DNA of 64,000 nucleotides from Candidatus Heimdallarchaeota archaeon (GCA_019058275.1 JAHLVW010000016.1:1-64000); one strand, 5' to 3'; positions 19,950 to 31,159 are shown, counted from the first letter of the stretch. Notes: generated by a model from the sequence alone, not told the origin. Made by a program: numbers and translations.

Positions 19950-21203
19950 TTAATCAGCAATAAGTTCGCCTAAGGTTTCAAGAGCTTCTTTTAAAATTTG
20001 AATTTCTTCTTCAGTATTGTATAGATATATTGATGCTCTTGCTGTACCTTCACTCGGTTTTATTCCGAGAGAATAATGAAATGGATTCGTACAGTGAGCT
20101 CCTGCTCGTATCATTATTTTGTAACCTTCTACATCATTATCTAAGTAGTTTGCTATATCACCTGCAGTATCGATGTTCTTCAATTTGAAAGCTACCAAAC
20201 TATGTCTTTTTGATGGATCCATTGGACCTACAATTTTGATTCCTTGGACATCTTTTAATGCATCAAATAACTTTTCAGTAAGAATCTTCTCTCTAGCTTC
20301 AATATTCTCCATACCTATTGAATTTAGATAATCTACAGCTGCACCAGCACCGATTTCACCAGCATAGTTCTGTAAACCTGCTTCAAATTTATATGGAGGT
20401 TCCAAATATGTTGGAATCATTTCACCATTTTCATATTTTACATCTTTAATGGTATCCCCACCAACGAGAAATGAATCCATTTCTTTTAATAGATGCTCTT
20501 TTCCATAGAGAAAACCAATACCTGTTGGTCCAAGCGCTTTATGCATACTAACAGTACAAAAATCTGCATCTGATTTTTGAACATCCATTTTCTTATGTGG
20601 AAAATATTGGGCATCATCAGAGACTACGTAAGCACCATAATCATGAGCTATTTTGATTATTTCTTCAAGTGGAGCAGTTGTACCACTTACATTTGAAGTA
20701 TGAACGATCGAAATTAATTTGGTGTTTTTATCTATTGCATTCTCAAAATCTTCTATATTAAACAACCCTTCATCATTTGCATCAACAATTTTTAATTTCA
20801 AGCCTTTCCTTTTAACTACTTTATGAAAAGGTAGAACACCACTATGATGTTCAAGATTTGTTGTTATAATTTCTTGTCCCTTTTCGAAATGTAATGAATT
20901 AGCAACCAAATTCATAGCTTCAGTTGTATTTCTTACCCAGATTATTTCATTAGTACTTCTTGAATTAACATGTTTAGCTATTTTCTCTCGAGCAGCATCT
21001 CTTAGTTCTGTAGTTTCTCGTGCAAGAGAATGTATTGAACGTCCTCCACAAGCTCCCAGATTGTGATAGTAATAACATAAAGCATCAATAACTTGGTTTG
21101 GTTTAAAAGCCATGCAAGCACTATCTAAATAAATAATAGGTTTACCATCAATTTTTCTCTTTACTGTTGGAAAATCATCTCTTATTTTTACCCAATCTAC
21201 CAT
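19950..21203 (-). CDS. Cysteine desulfurase (SufS/CsdA class V PLP enzyme)
   Basis: IYLDSA, EHHS, SMHKALGPTGIG, RAGAHC; likely start at 21203. Confidence 0.88.
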   Translation of the reverse strand: MVDWVKIRDDFPTVKRKIDGKPIIYLDSACMAFKPNQVIDALCYYYHNLGACGGRSIHSLARETTELRDAAREKIAKHVNSRSTNEIIWVRNTTEAMNLVANSLHFEKGQEIITTNLEHHSGVLPFHKVVKRKGLKLKIVDANDEGLFNIEDFENAIDKNTKLISIVHTSNVSGTTAPLEEIIKIAHDYGAYVVSDDAQYFPHKKMDVQKSDADFCTVSMHKALGPTGIGFLYGKEHLLKEMDSFLVGGDTIKDVKYENGEMIPTYLEPPYKFEAGLQNYAGEIGAGAAVDYLNSIGMENIEAREKILTEKLFDALKDVQGIKIVGPMDPSKRHSLVAFKLKNIDTAGDIANYLDNDVEGYKIMIRAGAHCTNPFHYSLGIKPSEGTARASIYLYNTEEEIQILKEALETLGELIAD

Positions 21204-21295
21204 TATTTTCACCAAAAGTTGGATGTTGAAATTTATCAATTGAAAAGAATTTGTGTCTATGAAAAACTTTTCTATACCTAGAAAATTCGACAAAA

Positions 21296-23557
21296 TTAAT
21301 CTTTTATTAAAGGCGATACTGTTTGATGAATTGCTGCAAGCTTATCATTTTCAGGATACTGAATTCTTAAGCCTTTTAGCTCCATTATCAATGATTGCCA
21401 ATATGAGTTTTCTTCAATTGAAGTTTCTTCTAAAATGACATTTGTTAATGCTCGAGCTAATTCAACTTGAATGTTTTCGTTCAAAGAGTATTGCTTGAGA
21501 TGTTTTCGCAAACTATCCAATTGCTCTTCAACAAGTTCGAATTTGTCCAATTTATATGCCATTGTTATAATTCGTCTAGTTGACCTTGCAAGCATCTCTT
21601 GAATATCATTTTCTTCATGGAAATCAATGCTGATTGATCTAAGTTCATGGAGTAGACTCAAACTGCGAGTTAAATCTAAATCTTGAGCATACCAGCGTAT
21701 TGAATGTGTTAATCCTCTTGCTAGTTGCACATTAATGACTCCATATGATGGAAAGTGGATAGCGATGTCCCTTAGCTCATCTAATTGAAGAAGCATCTCA
21801 TTTATTTTGGAATTCTTGCCATAACTACTAATAGTATTCACTAAAGCTTTTGCTAAGATTATATGAAAATCAATATTGGTAGGATCATCATCAATCCAAT
21901 CTTTTATTTCCATCACCATTGGATTAATTAGCTCCAACTCATTTATGTCACCATAAATTTTGATAACATCAACATAGGCTTTACCTAAACGAATTAACAC
22001 CTCTAAGCTTTCTGTGGATTCAGTGAAATCTCTTAAAACATCAAGCTTTTCGTCCATTTCACCAATTTTCCCATAGAGCCCAAATGCTCGAATTACATTT
22101 ACAAGAGCTTTTGAATAGCTTAAGATTACCATGTCATCTTCTGGGTACTTTATTGTTAATTGTTTTGATTCAGATAAGTAATTCAAAACACCATCGAAGT
22201 TTTCATTGAATTCACTTACCATATAAATTATATTCACTAAAGCTTGAGAGTAAAACCTAACGATATCAATTATATCAGGATTTTTCTGATAAAGAGAGGA
22301 AAGTTCATCCAAAATTTTAATCATTAATTTTTCTTTGTTTATTAATGAAAGCTCTTTTGTTATATTGAATAAACCTCTTCCTAGAAGGATTTTAATTTGA
22401 ATATCTTCTGGAAATCTTTTGTAAACTTTCTCGACACTTGTTAATAGAGCATTTATCAAACCTACTTCCCAAAAAACACCTGCCCAAATTGCTGCTTTAA
22501 AGACACCCATAATTGCTAAAGATTGTATTCGTTTATTATTTGGCATTTCATCTGCAAGGGCTAGTAATTTTTTAGCTAGTTTCGTTGCATTATCCAAATC
22601 TTCCATAACACCGCAATGATCTAAAGCTATACGCAATCCATTAGCAAAATGGATTTTTGCTTCGATATTTTGTGAAAACTCTTCAGATAAATCAGTTAGT
22701 TCATCAAGAATTTCTATCATTTCTTCGTATTCTTCTGCTTCACCAAACCAATTTATAGCTTTCACTAAACCATCCAGGTAATTCAATATGGATTCATTAT
22801 CTAATTTAGTTTTTTCAAGGTAGAGCTCACGCATTAGTTTTAGAGTTCTTTTTAGAGATGAGAATTCGTGCATGTCTCCATAGCAATCAATTTCCTCTGA
22901 AAGTCCTTTAATTAGTATACCAGCCAAAAAACCATCAATTTCTTTTGGTGGCAACAATCCCTTTAATATGATATCAAATTCTTTGGTCTTTTCATAGTTC
23001 CAATCTTCACCAAATCCTCTAATAGCTAAAATAGTTGCTTCAGCAGCAGTTGTTCTTAGCATGAGGTCATCTGGATTATCAATTGATTTGTTAACAAGAT
23101 AAATAACATATTCTTCAAGCTGATCATATAATTCATTGCTAATTAGAATCACTAAGGTATTAAGTATAGCATCGCTTAAGGATGCTAAATAATCAAGGTT
23201 GCCTTTATGTTTCTCAAATAAGGATATCAATTGATCAATTATTATAGTTATGTTTTCAGCATCGTCTCCCTCTTGATAGAGATTTGCTATTTCTGATATA
23301 CCCTCTACCATTGTATAGAAAACTTCGTAATTATTTGGATGACTTTTAGTTATGTCAACTAAAATTCCCAAATACTTCCTAATAATAGTAGCATTCTGAT
23401 TTAATGTTTGTTTCAAATTTTCACAAATTTCTCTTGTTATAACTAATGGATCACCTTTTAGATCTATATCAAAATCCTCTTCACCAGCAATAATGTCTTC
23501 TCGCAAACCATCTTCATCGAGAAATTCATTATCTTCTGGTTCTTGACCATTAGTCAT
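21296..23557 (-). CDS. Alpha-helical repeat (TPR-like) protein
   Basis: Repeats of the type LAKALVN.I..YG....EM...LDEL. Confidence 0.75.
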   Translation of the reverse strand: MTNGQEPEDNEFLDEDGLREDIIAGEEDFDIDLKGDPLVITREICENLKQTLNQNATIIRKYLGILVDITKSHPNNYEVFYTMVEGISEIANLYQEGDDAENITIIIDQLISLFEKHKGNLDYLASLSDAILNTLVILISNELYDQLEEYVIYLVNKSIDNPDDLMLRTTAAEATILAIRGFGEDWNYEKTKEFDIILKGLLPPKEIDGFLAGILIKGLSEEIDCYGDMHEFSSLKRTLKLMRELYLEKTKLDNESILNYLDGLVKAINWFGEAEEYEEMIEILDELTDLSEEFSQNIEAKIHFANGLRIALDHCGVMEDLDNATKLAKKLLALADEMPNNKRIQSLAIMGVFKAAIWAGVFWEVGLINALLTSVEKVYKRFPEDIQIKILLGRGLFNITKELSLINKEKLMIKILDELSSLYQKNPDIIDIVRFYSQALVNIIYMVSEFNENFDGVLNYLSESKQLTIKYPEDDMVILSYSKALVNVIRAFGLYGKIGEMDEKLDVLRDFTESTESLEVLIRLGKAYVDVIKIYGDINELELINPMVMEIKDWIDDDPTNIDFHIILAKALVNTISSYGKNSKINEMLLQLDELRDIAIHFPSYGVINVQLARGLTHSIRWYAQDLDLTRSLSLLHELRSISIDFHEENDIQEMLARSTRRIITMAYKLDKFELVEEQLDSLRKHLKQYSLNENIQVELARALTNVILEETSIEENSYWQSLIMELKGLRIQYPENDKLAAIHQTVSPLIKD

Positions 23558-23668
23558 ATTTATTCACTCGAAGAGTTTGTTACCCTAGTTTAAGAATTTA
23601 CTATTAAAAGATTTTTAGGTAATTGCTTTGTGAGAAAAAAATAAGTATAGAAGCAAAATAAAAGAGAT

Positions 23669-24088
23669 TTATTTTGCTTTGGGATTATTGGCTCCATCAA
23701 CTGTTAATCGATAAACAAAGCAGTATATACCACCTACTACCAACAGAAAGCCTGGTAATGTAAAGGAAGCAATTCCTAATATAAACAAGACAAGACCAAC
23801 AATGGCTACATCGATTTTAATCATGATGTTGAAAATAGCATTTATAAAGATCTTTAGACCGGCGATTAACGCTAAAGCTCCAATAAGGATATTTACAACA
23901 GCTCCTACCACGGTAGACCAAGTTGAATATCCAGCGTACACAAAGAATCCTATACCATCTAAGAAATTCAAATTTTCAGTTTGGATAATGCCAATGATTA
24001 AACCAACAATTGCATTGGCTATTAATAAAGCTCCACCAATAAAGAAGAAGAAAAATGCCCACTCTTCTGTTTTTTTAATTTCTAACAT
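23669..24088 (-). CDS. Small membrane protein
   Basis: 3-4 TM segments; GGTGGA RBS. Confidence 0.7.
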   Translation of the reverse strand: MLEIKKTEEWAFFFFFIGGALLIANAIVGLIIGIIQTENLNFLDGIGFFVYAGYSTWSTVVGAVVNILIGALALIAGLKIFINAIFNIMIKIDVAIVGLVLFILGIASFTLPGFLLVVGGIYCFVYRLTVDGANNPKAK

Positions 24089-24182
24089 CTAGTTCCACCA
24101 TTTTTTGGTTTTATAGCATCTATATAAGCATGAGGGACATTAAGTTAAATAAGACTTTCTAGTATTATCATCATATTATCTG

Positions 24183-25382
24183 CTATTTTTTTACATATGT
24201 GTCCAAAATTCCACCTAAAATAATCTTAGATGCTTTCACAAGATCAGATAGATAGACGTACTCGTTAGCTTGGTGGAGAACTGAGGGACATCCACCACCA
24301 ATTATAGCAAATGGTATATTGTCAGGAGGAACTAATGCAGCTGCATCTGTTCCATAAGTTAAACCTATTGGATCACTTGTTGTATTAGTAACAAGATTGG
24401 AATGCTTCAGTAATCCCTTAATAATTGACTCATTTGGGTTTGTGCTTAAGGCTGGTAAAGAATGGAATACTTTATGTGAAAATACACAAGAGTTTTCTTT
24501 AGACAATTTCAACAAAAGTGTCTTTATTTGGCCATTTAATTCATCATGCTTATCTTCTGGTATTAATCTAAAATCACAATCAACATAGCATTCATCAGGA
24601 ACTACGTTTATTGTTACTCCGCCTTTAATCATACTAACATTTAATGTTGATTTCCCAAGGATATCATGTTTTGTGTCAGGTAGTATTTTCTTTAACTTGT
24701 TTATCCCTATACAAGCACCATCAATTGCATTTATTCCAGCTTCCGGCATACTCCCATGTGCAGCTTTTCCTTTTACATTCATTCTAATCCAATAAGGTCC
24801 TTTTTCTGCAATCCCGACCTTCAAATCAGTTGCTTCAGTAATTATTAAACAATCAGCGTTATCCATAACACCCTTTTCTTTTAGTTGAAATGCGCCATTC
24901 ATACCAACTTCTTCATCTGCTGTGCCTGCAAAAACAATTCTATGTGATAAATTAACATCCGAACGACTAATAGCATCCATTACAGCTATGAGTGAAGCAA
25001 CACCTCCCTTCATATCGACTGTACCCCTACCGAAAAGCTTTCCATCCTTTTCGGTCACCTCCAATGGAGGATATTTCCATTGAGATTTATCACCAAAAGG
25101 TACAGTATCAAGATGACCACTAAGGACGATATCCCTTTCACTTTTTCCAAAAGTTATTACAATATTTTGTCGTTTATCATCCAATTTGTAAATTTGTGAT
25201 TGAAAACCTAAGCTTTTACTTTCTTCTTCTAGATATTTAGTAATATGATCAGTTCTACCAGGGGGATTTTGACTATCCAAAGCTACAAGATCTTTAGTCA
25301 AGCGCAAGATTAGGTCTTCATCAATTTTGTCTATTATTGATTGGTAATTCAAATTAACACCCACAATTATGAAAGTAATCAT
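24183..25382 (-). CDS. M20 metallopeptidase (ArgE/DapE family)
   Basis: SGHLDTVP, GRGTVDMKGG, DEE, GKAAHGS, HQANE. Confidence 0.9.
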   Translation of the reverse strand: MITFIIVGVNLNYQSIIDKIDEDLILRLTKDLVALDSQNPPGRTDHITKYLEEESKSLGFQSQIYKLDDKRQNIVITFGKSERDIVLSGHLDTVPFGDKSQWKYPPLEVTEKDGKLFGRGTVDMKGGVASLIAVMDAISRSDVNLSHRIVFAGTADEEVGMNGAFQLKEKGVMDNADCLIITEATDLKVGIAEKGPYWIRMNVKGKAAHGSMPEAGINAIDGACIGINKLKKILPDTKHDILGKSTLNVSMIKGGVTINVVPDECYVDCDFRLIPEDKHDELNGQIKTLLLKLSKENSCVFSHKVFHSLPALSTNPNESIIKGLLKHSNLVTNTTSDPIGLTYGTDAAALVPPDNIPFAIIGGGCPSVLHQANEYVYLSDLVKASKIILGGILDTYVKK

Positions 25383-25457
25383 CTATAATTTTGTGAATTA
25401 TTGAATAACAACTTACTTAATAATAGTTTTTCGAATAATGAGAAATGTAAGATTAAT

Positions 25458-26498
25458 TTATACTATCGGTTTCAGCTTATTATAAGTTTGAATTATAGCT
25501 TTATAGATATCTTTGTTAGTCATCGAGTCCCAAATTTGTGCAAATACAGGGACAATTTCCTTTACCTCATGAACATTATACGGATCATCATTCTTCTCTC
25601 TAATCTTAAGTGCCTTAAAGAGATCCTTTTTGACATGTATACATGCAGCATCAACAATGGTTGAAAGCTTGTCAACATTTGATTTTGCAATGGATTTCAA
25701 GGAATCGTTCTCAAATAAGTTGATATTCAAAAGAAAAGTACGTCCTATCTCATGAATTAGTATCCTGTATAGATCCATTTCTTCTTGTTCGTATGAAATT
25801 ATTATTTTTTCAGCAAGGAGATTTGTAGCAATTGTCTTTGTAGGTTCTACTAATAAAGCTACAAATTCGTGATAAGGAAATTCAATATTGAATAACTTTT
25901 TCCATGAGTTGATAATGTTGATTGGTTTAATTATTACTTCAAGATCAGCAATACGTTTCTCTAATTTTGCTTTTGCTTCTTTCTCCCAATAGTCACCGTA
26001 AAACCTATCCCATAATCCAAGTAGAATTTGCTTGAATATTGTGAAAATTTCTTTAATTAACTCTTTTTGTTCGAATAACTTTTTGAAATGCTCATCAAAG
26101 ACATTCATTGGAGCATAGATTGGCAGATTATCAAAAACTCCAGGATAGCTTGAAAGCAACGATTCTAGTGAGCCTTCATCAATTGCTTCAGATATTTTAT
26201 CATACGTGCTTAGAACCATTTCAAGATCTTCAGCAGGTATATAGCTTGGAATTTGAAAAAGAACTGCAAAAAGTTCAGTATTACAACCTAATGTCATGCA
26301 TTTTTTAGAAGCAATTTCCCATTGTTTGTATTCTTCTTCAAGAATTGTAAAACGATGTTTTAATCCATAATCGGAATTGTAAAAAGAGCCTTCGATTTCT
26401 AAGCATGAGAAAACATGCATGATAATATTAGGTGTTAAACTTGTTTTCACCACTATCTTTTGAGTCATATTTTTTCTACTCTTACCAATATATCTCAT
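25458..26498 (-). CDS. Hypothetical protein with a degenerate zincin-like motif
   Basis: ILIHEIGR, where HExxH lacks the second His. Confidence 0.6.
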   Translation of the reverse strand: MRYIGKSRKNMTQKIVVKTSLTPNIIMHVFSCLEIEGSFYNSDYGLKHRFTILEEEYKQWEIASKKCMTLGCNTELFAVLFQIPSYIPAEDLEMVLSTYDKISEAIDEGSLESLLSSYPGVFDNLPIYAPMNVFDEHFKKLFEQKELIKEIFTIFKQILLGLWDRFYGDYWEKEAKAKLEKRIADLEVIIKPINIINSWKKLFNIEFPYHEFVALLVEPTKTIATNLLAEKIIISYEQEEMDLYRILIHEIGRTFLLNINLFENDSLKSIAKSNVDKLSTIVDAACIHVKKDLFKALKIREKNDDPYNVHEVKEIVPVFAQIWDSMTNKDIYKAIIQTYNKLKPIV

Positions 26499-26587
26499 AA
26501 ACTATTGAATTATTATACCATTTCAGAATAAAGAATTTATGTTTAAAACTGAATTTATTACATTGAAAAAATACTAAGTTTATTTAA

Positions 26588-26869
26588 TTATGTTTTTTGA
26601 CTGACAGTTGTGTATGATAGAATTTCATTGGATTCTTCACTTACAACTGCTATCTGAGTGTCTTTTGGGAGTAGTTGTAGATGATTATGAATACATTTCT
26701 GGTGGACTTTTCTCTTGTCTGTCAAATCAGCATCAGCAAAAACTACCAAACAATCCTCTTTTTTAAAAGTAAAACCACAAATATAGCATTGTTCTTTATC
26801 AACTGATTTTTCTAGCAATGGTACTTTTTGATTTGTAACTATTAAACCAAAGATTTTTTGTTTTGACAT
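26588..26869 (-). CDS. Small zinc-finger protein
   Basis: CYICG...HQKC. Confidence 0.6.
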   Translation of the reverse strand: MSKQKIFGLIVTNQKVPLLEKSVDKEQCYICGFTFKKEDCLVVFADADLTDKRKVHQKCIHNHLQLLPKDTQIAVVSEESNEILSYTTVSQKT

Positions 26870-27102
26870 TCTAGAAGTTCAAATCCCCTACATCAATAAC
26901 AGTTTAGCACATTAATTTACCAAAATGCTACATTTAACTATTACAAATATTTTGTAAAATCAAATATAAGGATTCCCAATTAGGAATCTTTTGTTTAAAT
27001 TCATGAAAATCTAGTTATTGAATTCCTTTTCCAAAAAAGAATGACATATTTATAATAAAGAAAGTATTATCTTAAGATAAGAAATAATGTGTAACCAATT
27101 AC

Positions 27103-27513
27103 TTGGAGGAAATGAAAATGGATTCAACTGACAATACAAACGAAATCCCTCTACTACTAATGAACTTGAAGAAGGTTTTTGATCAAAGAATTCAAGGTCC
27201 TATAAGAAATAGAGAAAGAGAATACCAAGTGAATACAAAATCCGAATTCATCAAGGACATTACAAAGTACTTCTCAGCGAGAGGAATACAGAAATTAGCA
27301 GGTATAAGCGCATGGGAAGATGATGGCGAACTAAAAATCGCTTACCACTTTATAGCAAAAATAGGTAATGAATTCTTAGATACAAAAATCACCATTGTAA
27401 CATTTCTCTCTAAGGATAAAAAATTGATAAAATCAATAACACAGATTTTCCCAAATGCTCGAATTTTCGAAGAAGAAATAAGCAAATTATATAAAGTTGA
27501 TTTTGAGGATTAA
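27103..27513 (+). CDS. Stand-alone NuoC/EchD-like subunit
   Basis: LAGISAWE, IAYHF, SITQIFPNARIFEEEISKLYKVDF. Confidence 0.75.
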   Translation: MEEMKMDSTDNTNEIPLLLMNLKKVFDQRIQGPIRNREREYQVNTKSEFIKDITKYFSARGIQKLAGISAWEDDGELKIAYHFIAKIGNEFLDTKITIVTFLSKDKKLIKSITQIFPNARIFEEEISKLYKVDFED

Positions 27514-27716
27514 GTATCATCGTTTTAAGCTATTTTATTTTCTTTATACTTGATTTTACAATGCAATTTTTAACCTATAAATGGTAACATCAGTTAGTTT
27601 ATAAAAGTAAAATTTCAAATGTATAGTTAGCAACAAAATTTAACCTTGCAAGGTTAAGGATTTTTGAAGTTTAAAAAAAAGAATATACAGTAAAAAATAG
27701 TTAAAACTCAAAAGGG

Positions 27717-30284
27717 TTGATACTGTTGTCTGAAGAAAACGAAAATGAAAATACTATTGAAGAATCAGAAGAACCTGAAACCTTAGTGACAACAGAAGAA
27801 GATGAAGACGAAGAAGCAACAGAAGCAGAAGAAACATTAGAAGCAGATACTACTGAGGATATAGATGAAGAAGTGGAAGAAGACATAGCAGCACTATTAG
27901 AAGAGGAACAAGAAGAAGTTCTGGACGAAGTGAGTGCAGAGGAAACTGAGGAAGAAGATGAATTAGAAGACGAAGAAGATACTACAGAAGAAGAACTCGA
28001 AATTCCAGATATACCACTTGATGTTGAAACAGAAGCGGACGAATTGGAAATACCTGACATACCAATTGAAGCTAAGGAAGAAGAGCTCACTGAAGAAATA
28101 GAGGCTGAGCCAATAGAAGAAGTTCTTTCTGAGGAAGAAGAAAAAGAAGATGTAGATATAGACGATTATGGATTTGAACCTGAAGAAGTAAAGGCTATTA
28201 AGAAAGCTAAAAAGAGTAGAGCATTTCTATGGGGCTTTTTGATAGGACTTGCAGCAGCAATTATTATTGAAGTTGCATTTTCTATACCCATCTGGTTAGG
28301 TGGTGTAGGCCGTCCAGATTTGTATTATATCGAGCTAGTACTAATTCTAGTTGCATTAATGATTCCTGGATTATTTACTAGAAGCATGCAAAAAGGCATC
28401 CTTGGGGCATTTATTATATTTATAATTTCATTTGCTGTTCCATTAGTACTTTCAGCATTTAATCTCAACTACATATTAAATCCATTAACTCCATTATTCT
28501 CAAGTACTGATTTTGCTTTAGATGCATATGATGTTTTTAGCGGGTTATTCCAAGGTCTAGAAAACGTACCTATAGCACAAATCCAAAAATGGATTTGGAT
28601 TGTAGACCTAGTTTTGATGTTCATTTTAACAGTAATTGTTGTAACATTTGCTACTTGGTTACTAAAGAACATCACTATAAAAAAGAAGAAAGTTGGTCAT
28701 TGGATTGGCATACCACTTTTAAGCATTGCTTTAATTGTATTCGGTATTTTCACACCAATTCTCTTTTCATCAACATATGGGATAATAAATGCAAGCACAT
28801 CATTTCTAGCAGGAGCAACTAAGATGCAAGAAGCATACGATGTCTTTAGTACTGGAGAAGATTTCGGTACTCAACAATTAGATGCTATAGATGAAGTGTT
28901 AGTTGAAGCTAATTACTGGATGAATATTTCATCGGAGAATTATGAAGGTTTAAGAAACATAGGCATTATTAATTTCGCAATCTTAGCGTCAGGAAGATAC
29001 GGACCACTAATCGAAGCAGGTGATCAATTGGCACTATCAACGTTAGCGTTGTCGCAGATACTTGTACCTTTATTCAACGGGCTTTATAATTTGACTGATA
29101 GCCTTAATACTGCAACAGATAGTCTATCAAACTTTGGAACTTCTCCGAGCCTTATGCTCTCAGATACTGGACCATATACATTTGAAAAGCAAGATATTTC
29201 AGATATAGAAACATTAACAGCAGACATACTAGCAGCAGTGCAAGGTTTAGAAGCAGCAGAAGCAGCAATGGAAATTGTTAAAGCTAAACTAGAGGATGCA
29301 GAAATTGAAGGAACATTTTCTGATATAGCTGATACTTTAAGCGAGCTTGATACTGAATCAATGCAACTATTCTCAATAGGAGATGTTGTTCAGGAAATTA
29401 TAAACACAATTGATACTTTTGACGATCAATTAGCTGGATTTATTGATTTTGTTTATTATGTAGCAGATTCTCTTGGACCAACAAAACACTTGTTATGGGT
29501 ATCCTACAATAGTATTGTTGGTAATGAGTATTTGAGATATAATAGATTCACTGATGCAAAGAATTCATTCCAATACGCTATAGATAATATCTCTGCAATT
29601 GATTCTTTAGCTACATACACACCAGATCCAGCTTTAGGAGAAATTTTCTCTGTTCAAGTAACAGATGGTTTTGCAACTATGTTAAATGACCTACTAGATC
29701 TAATGGAACCTCTATTGAATGAGAAATTCTATTATGCGGAAACATTTGAGAGAATAAGTCTCATAATGGAAGCTTTTGCATCTGAACCAGATATGACAAC
29801 TCTTGATTATGGATCTATTGTTGTTCCTACAGCTTCAGCAGCAGTAATGCATTCATTTAGTGTCGCAACAAATACATCGCTAACAGCATTTAGAGCTAAT
29901 GTTCAATTAGGAATTTATGGTTCCATATTTGATGATATCGGTAGTAATTTTGAAGAAATCTTATCAGAAGATTTCAGACCAATTGAATTCAGTCATATGA
30001 CTGGTGACCTATCACTAGTTGTTACTAACTTTGTTTTAGGATGTCAAGCATACACTGCATCAGATTTCGCATTTGCTCAAGCTAATTTGACATTTGCTGA
30101 AGACACTATGATTAATGACATTACACCAATGATAATAGCAGATGATCCAACATATCTCAAGAATTACCTCGGAAATTGGACTTTAGCAATGACTAATATC
30201 CAAAATAAGATGGAAACATTAGATACATATGCTTCAATACAAATAGACATAGATAATCTATATATTGCAACACAAGAAAGATAA
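27717..30284 (+). CDS. Large membrane protein with an acidic disordered N-terminus
   Basis: ~150 aa Glu/Asp-rich N-terminus, ~5 TM segments, long helical C-terminal domain. Confidence 0.75.
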   Translation: MILLSEENENENTIEESEEPETLVTTEEDEDEEATEAEETLEADTTEDIDEEVEEDIAALLEEEQEEVLDEVSAEETEEEDELEDEEDTTEEELEIPDIPLDVETEADELEIPDIPIEAKEEELTEEIEAEPIEEVLSEEEEKEDVDIDDYGFEPEEVKAIKKAKKSRAFLWGFLIGLAAAIIIEVAFSIPIWLGGVGRPDLYYIELVLILVALMIPGLFTRSMQKGILGAFIIFIISFAVPLVLSAFNLNYILNPLTPLFSSTDFALDAYDVFSGLFQGLENVPIAQIQKWIWIVDLVLMFILTVIVVTFATWLLKNITIKKKKVGHWIGIPLLSIALIVFGIFTPILFSSTYGIINASTSFLAGATKMQEAYDVFSTGEDFGTQQLDAIDEVLVEANYWMNISSENYEGLRNIGIINFAILASGRYGPLIEAGDQLALSTLALSQILVPLFNGLYNLTDSLNTATDSLSNFGTSPSLMLSDTGPYTFEKQDISDIETLTADILAAVQGLEAAEAAMEIVKAKLEDAEIEGTFSDIADTLSELDTESMQLFSIGDVVQEIINTIDTFDDQLAGFIDFVYYVADSLGPTKHLLWVSYNSIVGNEYLRYNRFTDAKNSFQYAIDNISAIDSLATYTPDPALGEIFSVQVTDGFATMLNDLLDLMEPLLNEKFYYAETFERISLIMEAFASEPDMTTLDYGSIVVPTASAAVMHSFSVATNTSLTAFRANVQLGIYGSIFDDIGSNFEEILSEDFRPIEFSHMTGDLSLVVTNFVLGCQAYTASDFAFAQANLTFAEDTMINDITPMIIADDPTYLKNYLGNWTLAMTNIQNKMETLDTYASIQIDIDNLYIATQER

Positions 30285-30325
30285 AAGAAAGGAAGAAATA
30301 TTTTTTCTTCCATATTTCTATTTTT

Positions 30326-31159
30326 TTATTCAGTTATTTCTTCATCAATAATTTCTGGATAGAGGAATCTACGTTCTTTTAGATATCCACCTATTAATCC
30401 ACCAGATATTGCCATCACTGAAAACAGCAGAAGGAATAATGCTGAATTTATTATCATTTTTGAAATAGTATTCCAATCTGCACTGAAGAAAGCAATAAAT
30501 AATGCTGTAATCGGTAGAACAGAAATAAAACTAGCAATCATACCAGAACGTCTTTCGCCTGCTACCATACCACCAAAAAAGCCACTAATAATGAAACCAA
30601 CTAATAAAATGATTAAACCAAGGAGACCTCCAGATTCAGGTAAAGCAGCTTCAATTAGTTCTATTGTAAAAGCATACACAACAAACAAAGCTCCTATTAC
30701 AGCAGCAGTTATTATTGCGCCAACACTTAGTGAAACTATATTCCTAGAAGCGGTTGTTCCTTCCAATTTTTTTGTTATATTTTCCTCAAATGTTCTAAAA
30801 GGCGATACATCAGTTGTTGCTCCTTCATCAAGAAGATGTTTGTATTTATTTCTAAAATCAGTCAAGAGTCCCAAAAGCGTTTCATTAACCAACGGCTCAT
30901 AATCATTTGAATGACATATTGCTGCTATAATATAACGATCATCAGCTTTGTATGCTAATTTTCTATCAATACCTTCTATAGCAGAGATATCTACTAGACC
31001 AGCCTCGCTTGAAAAGTTTCTAAATGCTAACAAAAGCCCTGAAACTAGTTGCTCATCTATTGTTTTCTCTTTGGTTTCAGTACACCAGTCGTAGATACAA
31101 ATCCCGCTATGACTATCAATTAACCAAATGTTTTCTATAGCCAAATTTAACTCAACCAT
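30326..31159 (-). CDS. Longin-like domain fused to 4 TM helices
   Basis: IWLIDSHSGICIY..IDEQLVSGLLLAFRNFSSE..FRNKY..FRTFEENI pattern typical of Asgard longins; hydrophobic C-terminal half. Confidence 0.75.
   Translation of the reverse strand: MVELNLAIENIWLIDSHSGICIYDWCTETKEKTIDEQLVSGLLLAFRNFSSEAGLVDISAIEGIDRKLAYKADDRYIIAAICHSNDYEPLVNETLLGLLTDFRNKYKHLLDEGATTDVSPFRTFEENITKKLEGTTASRNIVSLSVGAIITAAVIGALFVVYAFTIELIEAALPESGGLLGLIILLVGFIISGFFGGMVAGERRSGMIASFISVLPITALFIAFFSADWNTISKMIINSALFLLLFSVMAISGGLIGGYLKERRFLYPEIIDEEITE

Noticed and set aside
27701-28090. Ser-rich 129-aa ORF on the minus strand
   Set aside because: Antisense shadow of the GAA-rich acidic tract
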